Part shown: piece by piece, positions 27,673 through 40,569 of the stretch
Layout of the letters: each line of letters opens with the position of its first letter
Position numbering within the stretch: the first letter of the stretch is position 1
From: Octopus bimaculoides
Lineage: Eukaryota
Length of the DNA stretch: 64,000 nt
Direction of reading: 5' to 3'
NCBI RefSeq assembly: GCF_001194135.2
Contig: NC_068983.1
Location: 137,723,714 to 137,787,713 of the forward strand
Made by a program: the position numbers and the translations under genes
The notes under the pieces: generated by a model
What the model saw: the letters and a program-made list of their open reading frames with translations, nothing else
What the model was told of the DNA's origin: nothing
Database searches by the model: none

Positions 27673-30061
27673 TAGATTAGACTGTTGGAAAAGAAAAAAA
27701 TCCTAACATCGGGCTACAACAAGTAACCTAAGATGCTAAGAACCCTCGTAAGTATCCTTGTTGTTCCTAATAGCATTGTTTTCTGGAGCTGTACTAAACT
27801 GGGTTTTATGCCTATTTACTCTATTCATCTGTTCAAATTTTTAGGGATCGTTCCCAATGCACCTATAACAACTGGGATACATTTTACCCGCTCTGTAATT
27901 CAATGGCTAGGTCTTGATACTTTGCTATTTTTTGTATACTCTCATATTGATTTTTTCATAATTTGGAACTGTAAAGTCAATTATCTGGCACTTGCTATTC
28001 TCTTTATCTACTACTACTAAATCAGGCCTTCTAGCTTCTATTACTCTGTCAGTCTGAATGTTAAAGTCCCACAACATCTTATATTTCTTACTTTCTAGTA
28101 CTTTACTAGGTTCATGTTCATACCATTTATCAGTATGTTCAAATCCTAGCTTTCTACATATCTCCCAGTGGATTACTCTGCCTAGGTTGTCGTGTCTTTT
28201 CTTGTATTCTTTCTGTGCCAGCATGCTACATTCACTTTCTATATAAGTAACACTTTCCTCTTTTGATTTGCCATAACCTACATTGGGAATCTACTTGATT
28301 CTTGTCTATCTTGGCCTTTATCCAATTAATCCTTAATCCTCGATCTTGTGCTGCTACTAACAAATTTCCTGTCTCCCTTTTCAGCCTTCCTTTCTGCAAC
28401 CATAACCATGTCTCACTTCTACTATTTGCTGCAACTATCTTTGAGAATCTACCATGCAAAGCCTTCTCCTGCCAGTCAGATAAGTTCTTTCCTATTTTCT
28501 GGTTTTAACTTCGTTTGGGTTTTTGGTTTCCCTATGTTTTGCTGTGACTCTAGCAGCTTTTAACAAACTGTCTTCACTATTACCTACATAGGAGTCTATA
28601 TCTACTCTAGCTAGCTCCACGCAGTCTTCTACTGATATTAACCCTCTTCACCTTCTTTTCTAGGTAGGTATAATCTTGCTACTCCTGTCCTTGGGTGGAG
28701 GCCTCCATTCATGTTGAATTCCTTCTAGTTCTTCTGTCTAGCTTTGCTAATTTAATTTTCCTTCAATCTACAAAAGCTGCTGAGTATCTAAGTAATGATA
28801 TTGCCCAAGTATTTACAGCCTTCCCTAGATTCGGAGCATTTAGCTTTGACTTCATTAGCTTCCTCACCTTTCTGATGTACTCCTCAATTTTCGTTTTTAT
28901 TTCTATAGTTAGTACTATGCCAGATTCTAATACTCCTAGATACTTATAGCTCTCTCCTTTCAATGATTTTAATGTCTGACCATCTGGTAATTGGGTGCCT
29001 TCCCTGTTGACTACCTGTCCCCTTCTCATGACTAATATTGCACACTTATCTATGCCAAATTCCATGCCTATATCTTTGCTGAAGAGTCTTACAGTCTATA
29101 TTAAGAAATATATCTCTTTTTCATTCTTGCTAAAAAGCTTCAAATCAACCATGTAGAGCAAATGGTTAATTTTTCCCTTATTATTTCTGAACTGATACCC
29201 TGCCTGTGCCTTTCTTAAAACTAAACTGAAGGGCATCAAACATAAGACAAATATTAAAAGGGATAACGAGTCACCTTGGAAAATTCCTCTCTTAATATTA
29301 ACTTTCTCTAACAGTATGTCACCTGAATAGAGGTCTACTTTCCATTTCTTCATGCTAAAGCTAATTACTTCCCTTATTGTCTGCTATACTGAATATACTC
29401 AAGCATTCACTTATCAATGAGTGTAGGATCATGTCATAGGCTTCCTTATAATCTATCCATGCTATTGTTAGATTTTTCTTTCTAGTTTTTACTTCATTTA
29501 GAACTGCTTTGTCTATGTATAATAGATCATGCGTTCCTCTAGCCTTCTTCCTGCAACTTTCTGTTCTTCTGGCAGTAAATTCTGGTTGTCAAGGTGTTCG
29601 TAAATGCTTTCTGAAAGCATTCCTGTTAACAGCTTCTACACTAATGGTTAGGAAGTGATTGGTCTACTCTAATGGTAAGCAAGTGATTGATCTATAATTG
29701 CTGGCTGTAACACCCTAGCTTTTATCTTTCATAAGTAGTATTGTTCTCCCTCTAGTCATCCGATCTGGTATTATTCCTCAATTAAGGCGATCCTGAAGCG
29801 ATCCTCAGCCTCCTATGTAAATTACTAAATTTCTTTAACCAGTACCCTTGAACTAAATCTGGTCCTGGGCCCTTCCAATTCGGCATTTTCCTAACACTTT
29901 ACTCATTAATGCACTAGTTAGTCTTAGATTTGGCTATTTCTCATTCACTACTTCTTCCTTCACTTTTTTAAACCATACTGCATCTCCATTATGATTGACT
30001 GGTTTATCCCAAATATTACTCCAGAAATTTCTAACTTCTGCATTAGGTTTCTCATCTTCAG
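27671..30061 (-). mobile_element. About 2.4 kb degenerate R4/Dong-like RLE LINE (RT, knuckle, RLE, 3'UTR)
   Basis: FWSNIWDKPVNHN; IKRGIFQGDSLSLLIFVLCLMP; INHLLYMVDLKLF; MEFGIDKCA; YKYLG; YKKRHDNLGRVIHWEIC; LWDFNIQTDRVIEARRPDLVVVD; QKTMLLGTTRIL. The 3' end is followed by sense (AAT)n at 27637-27670. Confidence 0.93.
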
Positions 30062-30121
<60 letters not shown>

Positions 30122-30147
30122 ATATGTATGTATGCATATATATACGC

Positions 30148-30471
30148 GGTGAAGGCGCGTGTCTAAGTCATTAGAGCATCCGTCTTCCGATTGTAAGGTT
30201 ATGAGTTCGATTACCGGCAGCGCGTCGTGTCTGAGCAAAATGCTTTATCTCACGTTGCTCCAGTTTACTCAACTGGAAAAAATGAGTAGTACTTGTATTT
30301 CAAAGGGCCAGCGGTGTCACATCCAGTGTCACGCTGAATCTTCTTGAAAATTACCGTAAGGGTACGCGTGTATGTAGAGTGCTCAGCCACTTGCACGTTA
30401 ATTTCACTAGTTGGCTGTTCTGCTGATCGGATCAATTGGAACCCTCGTCGTCGTAATTGACGAAGTGCCAG
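30148..30471 (+). mobile_element. tRNA-derived SINE sharing its 3' tail with 39683-40050
   Basis: B-box-like gagttcgattacc; tail agtgctcagccacttgcacgttaatttcac...gatcggatcaa.tggaaccctcg is shared with about 39945-40025. Confidence 0.8.
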
Positions 30472-30705
30472 TTTTTATATTGACGAAGGGGTGATGAAAA
30501 GCTTCTGGCTTTAAGGGTGTCGCGAAAGGTCTGGCTGGAGGCCCAACCTTCCGAGTTCTTTTATAAGGCTTAGAAAAACTGAAGGACAGTTGCAAGTGTA
30601 TGAATCTGAGAGGGGAATATGTTGTATAAAATCATAATTAACTGATCCTCTTGTATTTTCTTCTGCTTAAAGCCAGGAACTTTTCAGCACACCACTCGTG
30701 TGTAT

Positions 30706-30795
<90 letters not shown>

Positions 30796-31059
30796 GTATG
30801 TGCACATGAATGTTTTACATTCTCTGACTACCATTGACAACTTGAAGCTGTAATCGTCTGATTGTGTTCTTTCTGGTTTTGTGAATTTGAAATTACACAG
30901 AAGAGCAGGCGAGGAATGTAGAACACTCAGATATGGGGAGGTGATAAAGAGAGAGATAGTAAATTGTATGTTCAGGCAAAATTTTATTATCTAACCAAGC
31001 AGTTAGTCACGTAGCCAACTGCTCAAATAATTATTCGTATAAATCTAAAGTTATAATCC

Positions 31060-31505
31060 GAATGGTGAAACAGCACATTTCTCATCAGACTGGTATAGAT
31101 GTTTTCTTTTTCATTAATCTTCAACATCATGTTGACATCTGCTGGGCAACTGATTTCAACTATTGTGAAAAAAGTTTTCTCTGCACCAGATCATTATGCT
31201 TGGCGTGTTGCGGTCGCTTCTTAATGAAGTCTTGACAAGTATCATCAGTGTTCTCTCCAATTATGTGTGATTATGCCCTCCACATCTCTTCTTATATTTG
31301 TTTCCTCAGAATCGTCCTTTCCATGCATTATATAATTTTCAAATCCTGAAATCATGTCTCATGGACCAGTAGTACCATGAGACTATTATCGAGCAGCTAC
31401 TTATGGTGTGGTTGATATCCTTAGTATTATTCCATAGAGCCTACTTCAGTTGTCATATCTGGAGTTTACCCGATTCCTTGTCCTTGTTGTACATCAGGTA
31501 TTTTG
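31060..31505 (-). mobile_element. Degenerate RLE LINE fragment of a second lineage (knuckle plus RLE)
   Basis: AIKDQVITTKYLMYNKDKESGK...KDINHTISSC...MRHD; LVKTS...IMIWCRE / FTIVEISCPADVNMMLKINEKENIY. The E-x-S-C-P endonuclease motif differs from the D-I-A-x-P motif of the Dong-like copies. Confidence 0.75.
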
Positions 31506-32129
31506 TAGTTATTACTTGATCCTTTATTGCAAAAGTATTTCAAATGTATGTACGCATGCAGTTATGCATGTATGTATGCACACATATACATTCGTACGTG
31601 CACACACACACACACACACACACACGCGTAGTGCCTCAGCCTGCTAAAAATGCAGACAAATAACATCTCAGAATAAATTAAATTTTTTATTTTATTTCAT
31701 TCGTCGTTCTCACTTTTGCCAGATATCTCCAGAGTGCCTGGCTTCACAATACGCTCTGGCTAAATATCTATCTATTATAAAGTATTGCCCACTTCCCTGA
31801 AATGTCCTGTTGGACCACTTGGATAACCGAGAACAGCAGTCTCAATTCGATTTCATAAGAGATGGTGCATGCTAGCTGACCGTGAGATGCATAATAGCAG
31901 AAGCCAATAATTGATAATGAATAAAAATGGTGGGAATTATATTGACTTTCCTAATTAACTTTGTAACTGGCTAAGATTAATCAAATTTATCACTATAAAC
32001 TTCATTAGTCAAATTTTTGTGTTAATTTTTTTAACAAACATAATTGTTAACAACTATAATAAATATAATTAATATATTTCTTCTTTCCAATATAAAAATA
32101 ACAAAGATAGATATAATAATAAATCATTA

Positions 32130-33910
32130 TGATGGTAAAGCAAAAACCAGAATGTAACACAAGTACAGCCTCAAAATGTCCTGTTTTCAATTTAAGATGA
32201 TTGGCTTAACACAAAAGTAGAAGCAGAAACACTAAAATCAAGGAATCGTACAGTAATTCAATTGAAAGAAATCTTCCAATACAATGAAGTCAAGGTTAAT
32301 CTGTCAAATTTGTAGTGAAGCAAAAGTCTCTAACGTGTTTACTACTGACAAAACAACATACAGTGAGGGGTGGAAATTAGATTAGTTGAAAAGGCATTTA
32401 TCTCAGAAGCAACATATTTCTGCTATCGAAATTCTTAGAAACAGGATTATTCAACCATTATAAGTACTTTTTGAGGGTATTTCACATAAAGAGAGAACAG
32501 AAGTGAAAGAAATAAAGGCTTCCAAGGCAAATGAAATAAAGTCTCAGTGACATTATGTTATTCGCAATACAAATATACGCTTCAATGAACTCTGTACAAT
32601 ATATATACAGGATCATATGGCCGAATACGTACCCTTGCCAATAGATTGGCGTAGTAAAAACTATGCATTTCAGCTTGTAGAATGGCATTATCCATTCAGA
32701 TATGACGTTGGAAATTCGACAATCAAAATAACATACATTAATCTTTGATGAAAGTACGGATAGTTCTGTTAGTAAAATGCTTATCCTTTATTTCAAATTG
32801 AGGAAAATAGCCACTGAAAACTATATAACCAATTGGAGAAAATTTAAAGTGGATTCTTGCAACGAAGAAATGATTATAAAGCGTGCAAAAATTTCTATAA
32901 GGCCAATCAGCCGGATAAAAAAAAATATTTACTTCAGGTGAAATATATTGTTCCTTATTTAAAAGAGCAACACTGCTGCTTGGAATACTCTTCTAAAAGT
33001 GACAGAAATAGAAACTTTACTCAAGACAATCTATACAGTTTTATGTATACCAAAAGTTCGAAATATCAAACTTGAAGGAATAGGCAATGTTATGGTATAT
33101 GAAACTTTGCCATTTTGTGCACTCAATGAGGTGCAGTGGTTATGAAGACATATCACTTTCAAAGTGCTTGTACAAAATTATGGAATCTTTCTGAATTACT
33201 TTGAAATTGAAGTAAATAAAAATAATAATCCAATCATTAAATACTGCCGTCTGAGGATACATTAGGAAATGTCACGTTCACAATAAATGATATTTTTGAT
33301 GAGTCAGCTGAACCTTGCATATGTCAAAAAGCAGTTTAACCACTATTGAAGGCCTACTGCTAAAGAAACAAAAGAATTATCGGATATTAAAAAACAGTAT
33401 CTTGAGACAATTGTTTTCCAAAGTAACACAGCTCAAAATATTATTGCATTCTGCACAGAAGACAAAGGACATTTTAACATTTCTTTCCTTCTTTTGTGAA
33501 CATTTGGAGACATGATTTTATACAAGTGAACTTGAAGGGTAGATTTTCCTTCTTTTATGTTAGAAGTCACTAATGATTTTGGCACCGACAGCATTTTATA
33601 GAGCAAAACATCATAAAAAATACAAAGAGATCATAAATTCTGATGAGGAAAACATCTTTGTACCTATAGTCAATAAATGGTTTTAAATATTATATACCCT
33701 TCACAAAAGATCTCTTGTAGCATTTAGTGCAAAAACAGAATTGTAATGCTATCTATCAGCTCTTTGATATACAACTATTCAAGTATCAAGTGCGGACTGT
33801 GTGTAGATTATTCAATCTGATGAGTACAATTAAATCAAAATCTAGAAACAGATTACAAGAAAGTCACTTGGATATGCTTATGCGCATAAAAAGCCCACAA
33901 CGGTTTAGAA
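32130..33910 (+). mobile_element. Degenerate hAT-superfamily transposase relic
   Basis: TLIFDESTDSSVSKMLILYFKLR at about 32735-32803 (first catalytic D motif) and RLFNLMSTIKSKSRNRLQESHLDMLMRIK at about 33803-33890 (hAT dimerisation region). Many stops; TIRs not identified. Confidence 0.8.
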
Positions 33911-34179
33911 AGGATACAAGCATTGAAAAAATTGGAAAATGCGAAGTATATACACCATTCCTGACTGTCAAATGTTCGTACAGTTTAATGAACTTAGTTA
34001 TTTTTATTTTGCTACTTGCAATTTAACATTTTCTAAAAAGAATCATGAATTTTTAAGGGAAGTGTGAATTATATTCTTTTTGTGTGAGAATTTTTCTCAA
34101 ATATAAAACGTGTTAAGCAATATTTTATTTTAACCTAATATACTTATAATTTTTGTAACAAAGAAAAATACACGATAAA

Positions 34180-34470
34180 ATATGAACGAGAAAATAAAGA
34201 GAACTCGATGGAATGAATAAAATATTTCTTTTATTACATACATTATTTACATTATTTACATTAGACGGATATATAGACGGATAATAAAAATAATAATAAT
34301 GACATCTGCAAAAAAATACCTTAGGAATGAGAACCCAGGTTGGGTTCCAAATCATACCAGGACACCTGATGAAGGCTGAAGAGTAAATCAGCCGAAACGT
34401 TGTGGTAACGACAAACAAGACGAGGGCACATAACCGTCTAATGTAAATGATGTACAGAATTCCTCATCGC
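34180..34470 (+). mobile_element. Penelope-like element terminal-repeat (pLTR) fragment
   Basis: Contains the ctgatgaagg...ccgaaacgtt motif typical of PLE termini and a 25-bp inverted repeat (34249-34273 / 34429-34453). Confidence 0.6.
34361..34406 (+). ncRNA. Minimal type I hammerhead ribozyme candidate
   Basis: gacac-CTGATGA-a-GGCTGA-agagtaaa-TCAGCC-GAAAC-GT-t-gtggt: intact CUGAUGA and GAAA cores, 6-bp stem II, palindromic AACGTT stem III, and a short stem I (CAC/GUG). Confidence 0.7.
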
Positions 34471-35084
34471 AAAAGTATAGAACAGTTTTATTACGTACCT
34501 TTCGTAAACTATAGATAAAAATGAATTATCATCTCAAAAGTAAAAATAATTCCTGCATATCATGTATGTGGTTGCTCACAAATCTTTGTCCTACGAGGGC
34601 AATGAGAAATTAATCATCGCCACAAAAAAATCCATATTTGCTTCACCCCCATCCATCACCAATTAAGGCACATCCTATATGTCACTGTTTTATTCTATAA
34701 ACTAACGAACCCCCTATAATTGTATTTATATATCCTATACTTTCTTTTTCATCAGTATTGCCAGTCACGATATATGTTTGGACTATTTTAGGCGTCTATC
34801 TCTCTCTTTGTATACAATTCTCAATAATACCTTCGCAGAATTTCACTCTAATTCAGTTCAGATCACAGTGTGTTTACATGTATGTATGCATGCATGTTTG
34901 TGTATATATATATGGACACACACACACACACACAGAGGCAATTATGCAGATAAACAAATTAAATTTATTAGACATAATACCTTGGCTATGAAATACAAAA
35001 ATATGTATATATGTATACATACAAAACGAGAGAAAGCAAAGAATGGAAACTTTCAGACGATGAATATTTGCGCATAAATATATA

Positions 35085-35350
35085 GATACTAGCAGAAATA
35101 CCCGTCGTCAACTGGTTTGAGAAAAAGGTGCCAAAATTGTACTATGAATATTGAAAGTTATTCACTGAGATATTGAACATAAATAAGAAATGGCTGGTAA
35201 GCTCCATGTAGATGATAGAGCTGTCTTCGTCTGGCAAGCATTGTCTTCGTCATGAAATTTTACACAAAAATTAGCTTTTAATAGACAGGCAAACAGGCAC
35301 GCACACACACACGCACGCACACAGATACTCATTTTTATTATATAAGATAT
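35085..35350 (+). mobile_element. Possible non-autonomous Helitron-like element
   Basis: Starts actagcagaaatacccgtcgt, has an internal (CA)-rich microsatellite, and ends acagatactcatttttattatataagat. This layout resembles non-autonomous Helitron-like repeats of other animals. Confidence 0.35.
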
Positions 35351-36667
35351 TTATAATAATATCTTATATAAGATATATTTAATAAGATATATATAATTAA
35401 ATTAATTATAATTAATTTAATCTCTTCCATGTTTCTTACAAGTTGGTGTTACCATTTGAAACAATCGTACGCATGGATTAAAAAGTTATCAAACTTTTAA
35501 CATCTTCTCTTCTTCATCTTTAATTGTTTTGTTGAGTCTGTATAGGACTGTGTTCTATAAATCCTCATAATACACCATATACTTGCATGATTTTCATATT
35601 TTTAATAAAATGCTTGCAATAGCAAGCTACATATACGCCTATATATATAAATATATATATATATANNNNNNNNNNNNNNNNNNNNNNNNNNNNNNNNNNN
35701 NNNNNNNNNNNNNNNNNNNNNNNNNNNNNNNNNNNNNNNNNNNNNNNNNNNNNNNNNNNNNNNNNNNNNNNNNNNNNNNNNNNNNNNNNNNNNNNNNNNN
35801 NNNNNNNNNNNNNNNNNNNNNNNNNNNNNNNNNNNNNNNNNNNNNNNNNNNNNNNNNNNNNNNNNNNNNNNNNNNNNNNNNNNNNNNNNNNNNNNNNNNN
35901 NNNNNNNNNNNNNNNNNNNNNNNNNNNNNNNNNNNNNNNNNNNNNNNNNNNNNNNNNNNNNNNNNNNNNNNNNNNNNNNNNNNNNNNNNNNNNNNNNNNN
36001 NNNNNNNNNNNNNNNNNNNNNNNNNNNNNNNNNNNNNNNNNNNNNNNNNNNNNNNNNNNNNNNNNNNNNNNNNNNNNNNNNNNNNNNNNNNNNNNNNNNN
36101 NNNNNNNNNNNNNNNNNNNNNNNNNNNNNNNNNNNNNNNNNNNNNNNNNNNNNNNNNNNNNNNNNNNNNNNNNNNNNNNNNNNNNNNNNNNNNNNNNNNN
36201 NNNNNNNNNNNNNNNNNNNNNNNNNNNNNNNNNNNNNNNNNNNNNNNNNNNNNNNNNNNNNNNNNNNNNNNNNNNNNNNNNNNNNNNNNNNNNNNNNNNN
36301 NNNNNNNNNNNNNNNNNNNNNNNNNNNNNNNNNNNNNNNNNNNNNNNNNNNNNNNNNNNNNNNNNNNNNNNNNNNNNNNNNNNNNNNNNNNNNNNNNNNN
36401 NNNNNNNNNNNNNNNNNNNNNNNNNNNNNNNNNNNNNNNNNNNNNNNNNNNNNNNNNNNNNNNNNNNNNNNNNNNNNNNNNNNNNNNNTTATGCAGGTGC
36501 TATCAGCGTCTTCATTTGAACTCAAGATTCAGTCATTGATAGTCGCTCTAACTATTTGGCTGTTTGCAGATTATTGTATAGGCGCAACTTATAAGTACCT
36601 TTTTGTATCTTTTATTGATATTTGTGTTACTGTAGCGACCAGGTAGTGACATCAGCGGTGATGACAA

Positions 36668-36718
<51 letters not shown>

Positions 36719-37239
36719 AAATATTAGTATTGTTGGCAGTAATGTTAGTGTTACTGATAATTGTTGTAGTAGTGGTGATAATAGGGGTTGCGTTCTATGT
36801 CCACACATACATAGACATGTTTACACAAACGCACACATATAATGTATAGTCACACACATGTACACACACACACACTCACACACACACACACGCACACACA
36901 CACACACACACATAATGCGTTGTTACATTCATGAATACATGTATACAATATATATTATTCACAAACAAACATATAAATGAATGATGATATTACAATATTC
37001 CCAGGTAGCAATGTAGCAATGTGATGTAGTTGTATATGCCCTATATTTTTACATCTCTAAGCAATAAGACAAGATTGCTAAAAATTACACGCTGAATGAT
37101 TGAATTCGTCAGCAATATCAATAACCTTTATCTTTAAGAAATTGAACGGAATAGAAGAACTTGGCCCTGTTGATTTGAAGGAATTTTGATAAAAATCTTT
37201 CAAGACACATTTAAAAAAAACCAAAAAACAGAGACGTTG

Positions 37240-37340
37240 GTGAGGGAGACAGAAAATAATTCTTTCGTTAAACTTTACACGATATCAGTGAGGGAGACAG
37301 AAAATAATTCTTTCGTTAAACTTTACACGATATCAGTGAG
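37240..37340. repeat. Perfect 48-bp tandem duplication
   Basis: gtgagggagacagaaaataattctttcgttaaactttacacgatatca twice, followed by gtgag. Confidence 0.97.
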
Positions 37341-38339
37341 AAATTCATTCAGGAAACCAGTTTATTGAATTTTGTCTCATTCTATTCTTTTCGAATGATT
37401 AATAGTGGTTGAATTTGTAAATATTGCTCTGGAAAGTAATGTACATTTGCTGACAGCTTTCTTTTCTTGAAATTGATGCAATTTCTAAACGTATTCCAAG
37501 TAATTTAGTCAGATTTTATATCGAAAGTTCCGGTATAGCTTTCGAAATGCAATGAAAGTTTGTCATAAATGTTATTGTGGTACATATTTTGAATAAACTT
37601 TAATAACTTGCAACTAAAATTGGAAATTTTCATTGCAAAATGTCTTGTTACATTCCTAGATAAATGTTTATATTTATATCCACGAATATTTATATCATCG
37701 TCATCATCATGAGCATGATTATCATCATCATGAGCATAATTACGATCATCATCATCTTTACCAACACCATCGTTATCGTTGTTGCTGGTGTAGTTGTCGT
37801 AGTCGTCGTTGTCATCATCTTTTGAATTGATTCATGCGAGTTTCTGCTGCATTACCAGGTGAGACTTCGTGTTCCTGAGATCTGCGCATCATTGTCTTTT
37901 GAGGAAATATAATTCTGCTTGCATACTATATCGCTTTCGCTCTGTAGTGGGATTCGTTTCGTTGTTTCTGATGTTGTTATAGTGTTTCCTGTGTTACGTA
38001 GAAAACGTGCAATGTGAGTTGTTTTTGTTGGGTTACTACTTGGGTTCCGTTGTTGCTGTGTGATTAGTGTTATTTTAGTGTTGGGCAGTGAATCTGAGTA
38101 TATGCTGTATGGGTTGTGTTATTGACAACTGTGAAGAATATGAATTACCTGAGTTGTTGGTGTTATAATGTCGTAGAGATCAATTATACTCGTAAATGTT
38201 AAGTTATTGATTGGTGATTACTTAAAGTATATTTTGTGTTACGTTGTTCGGTGGTAATTCCGTAGAGTATGCGTTGCATTAATTTATAGGGGTGATTGTT
38301 GTTTAGAGTATGTGCTATATGCAATTGGCATACTGTTTA

Positions 38340-39150
38340 AGTTATCCTAGTGAGTTGAAAGTGTCTCTTATAGGATGTGGTCTGCGCCAAGCAGGATGGT
38401 CTTTTGAACTGGATGTAACATTGCGGGCCCTGAGTTTTCTTGTATGCCTTTGTTAATACAGATTTTTATCATACTTAATTTTTTCAGTTATTTTATGTAC
38501 TATTTCAGATTTCATGCCCCACACCCTGCTTATTTTGAGTTTAAGATCCTTCAACAGTTTCTCCCCACCTCCCTCCAGGTTAATATTTGGGATTCAAAGA
38601 ATCGAATCATCAGAGTACGACCATCTTTGTTTCATTTCTTGATAATTATATCCGGACGGTTTGTCCTGATATCTTTGTCAGTCTGTACAGATAAATTTTA
38701 TGTGCCGTATTTCGTACACTTCTTATTTTGTGTTCGAGTCAAATGGTATGTTGTCCGATGGATATAACTGCTGACTCGGGTATGTCTGTGGATATACACA
38801 GCTTGAATTAATGTGATAACTCTTCTCATTGATGTTAGCATTTTCTTCCACTATTTTATTTTTGCATGGTTCCTGGTTAGGTATTGGTCCCGTGTAGATA
38901 AAACAGACGTTCTGTTTCTGTTTTTATCCCAAAACATTTTAACCATTGTTGCTGTTCACTCAGATTTACATTTTTTCTGTAGTAGTCTTGCGAGGCATTG
39001 ATCATAAAGCTATTTTCTGCCCAGTTGTCAGTAAATTTAGGAACATTTTGATTTTTTCTTTTCCTTTTAAAGTTTTCTATTAGAACTTATCAAAATCTTT
39101 TCCTTCAGTGAATTTAATTTCCAGTTTGTATTTTGTCCTTATTTTATTTG
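38340..39150 (-). mobile_element. Strongly degenerate R4/Dong-like RLE LINE 3' part
   Basis: QQWLKCFGIKTETE; VQTDKDIRTNRPDIIIKK; DLKLKISRVWGMK; VQKTILLGADHIL. Confidence 0.82.
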
Positions 39151-39256
39151 CTTCTTTTAAAATATTTTTCTAACCTCACTGTCAGCATTTTGTAGTAGTT
39201 TTCCATTTGCATTAGTCACTGTCTTTCTTATGTGCGGGATATATATACGTGTATGT

Positions 39257-39347
<91 letters not shown>

Positions 39348-39351
39348 TATG

Positions 39352-39590
39352 AGGGCACATGGCTTAGTGGCTAGAGTATTGTTTTCACACTCTAGCGATC
39401 GTGATTTCAATTCCTAGATCGGGTGGTGCGTTGCGTTCTTGAGCAAAACACTTAATCTTACGTTGCTCCGCGATCACTTCGACACCTGACGCGTGGGACA
39501 CTGCACTTGTTCAGACAACATCAATTTGATGGAGAGTGCGCTAAAGTGCAGCATGAACATTTGAACACTATAAACAAATCATTGAACGCT
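39352..39590 (+). mobile_element. tRNA-derived SINE
   Basis: A-box tggcttagtgg, B-box-like gatttcaattcc, body ttgagcaaaacacttaatcttacgttgctcc. Confidence 0.7.
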
Positions 39591-39620
39591 CATACATCGT
39601 CTTTGCCGGGAGAGTCCATC

Positions 39621-39678
<58 letters not shown>

Positions 39679-39682
39679 GTGT

Positions 39683-40050
39683 GGAGGCGCAATGGCCCAG
39701 TGGTTAGAGCAGTGGACTCGCGGTCATAGGATCGCGGTTTCAATTCCCAGACCGGGCGTTGTGGGTGTTTATTGAGCGAAACTACCTAAAGCTCCACGAG
39801 GCTCCGGAAGGGGATGGCGGCGACCTCTGCTATACTCTTTCACCACAACGTTCTCTCACTCTTACTTCCTGTTTCTTTTGTGCCCTGTCACACTGTGTCA
39901 CGCTGAATATCCCCGAGAACTACGTTAGGGGTACACGTGTCTGTGGAGTGCTCAGCCACTTGCACGTTAATTTCACGAGCAGGCTGTTCCGTTGATCGGA
40001 TCAACTGGAACCCTCGACGTCGTAAGCGACGGAGTGCTAACAACAACAAT
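39683..40050 (+). mobile_element. Full-length tRNA-derived SINE
   Basis: A-box tggcccagtgg, B-box-like ggtttcaattcc, 3' tail shared with 30148-30471, and an (AAC)n end. Confidence 0.85.
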
Positions 40051-40569
40051 GTATGTATGTATGTANNNNNNNNNNNNNNNNNNNNNNNNNNNNNNNNNNN
40101 NNNNNNNNNNNNNNNNNNNNNNNNNNNNNNNNNNNNNNNNNNNNNNNNNNNNNNNNNNNNNNNNNNNNNNNNNNNNNNNNNNNNNNNNNNNNNNNNNNNN
40201 NNNNNNNNNNNNNNNNNNNNNNNNNNNNNNNNNNNNNNNNNNNNNNNNNNNNNNNNNNNNNNNNNNNNNNNNNNNNNNNNNNNNNNNNNNNNNNNNNNNN
40301 NNNNNNNNNNNNNNNNNNNNNNNNNNNNNNNNNNNNNNNNNNNNNNNNNCTTCAACGTCGAGATGGTATAATTTCCTGGGAGAGAGATAATTTTGCGGCT
40401 GAGGATAGCTTTACATTGTAGATTATACACATATTATATCATGTTATATTATATTATATTATATTATACACATGTAGAGCTTGAAACACGTGTACCGCGG
40501 AATCCTTTGTAGTTTTGTTGTTATTTTTTTGTTTTGGATTTACAATTTATATATATATATATATAGATA

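Noticed and set aside
39683-39760. tRNA-like sequences here and at 30148, 39352 and 45002
   Set aside because: They have A/B boxes but no complete cloverleaf and continue into SINE bodies, so they are SINE heads rather than tRNA genes.
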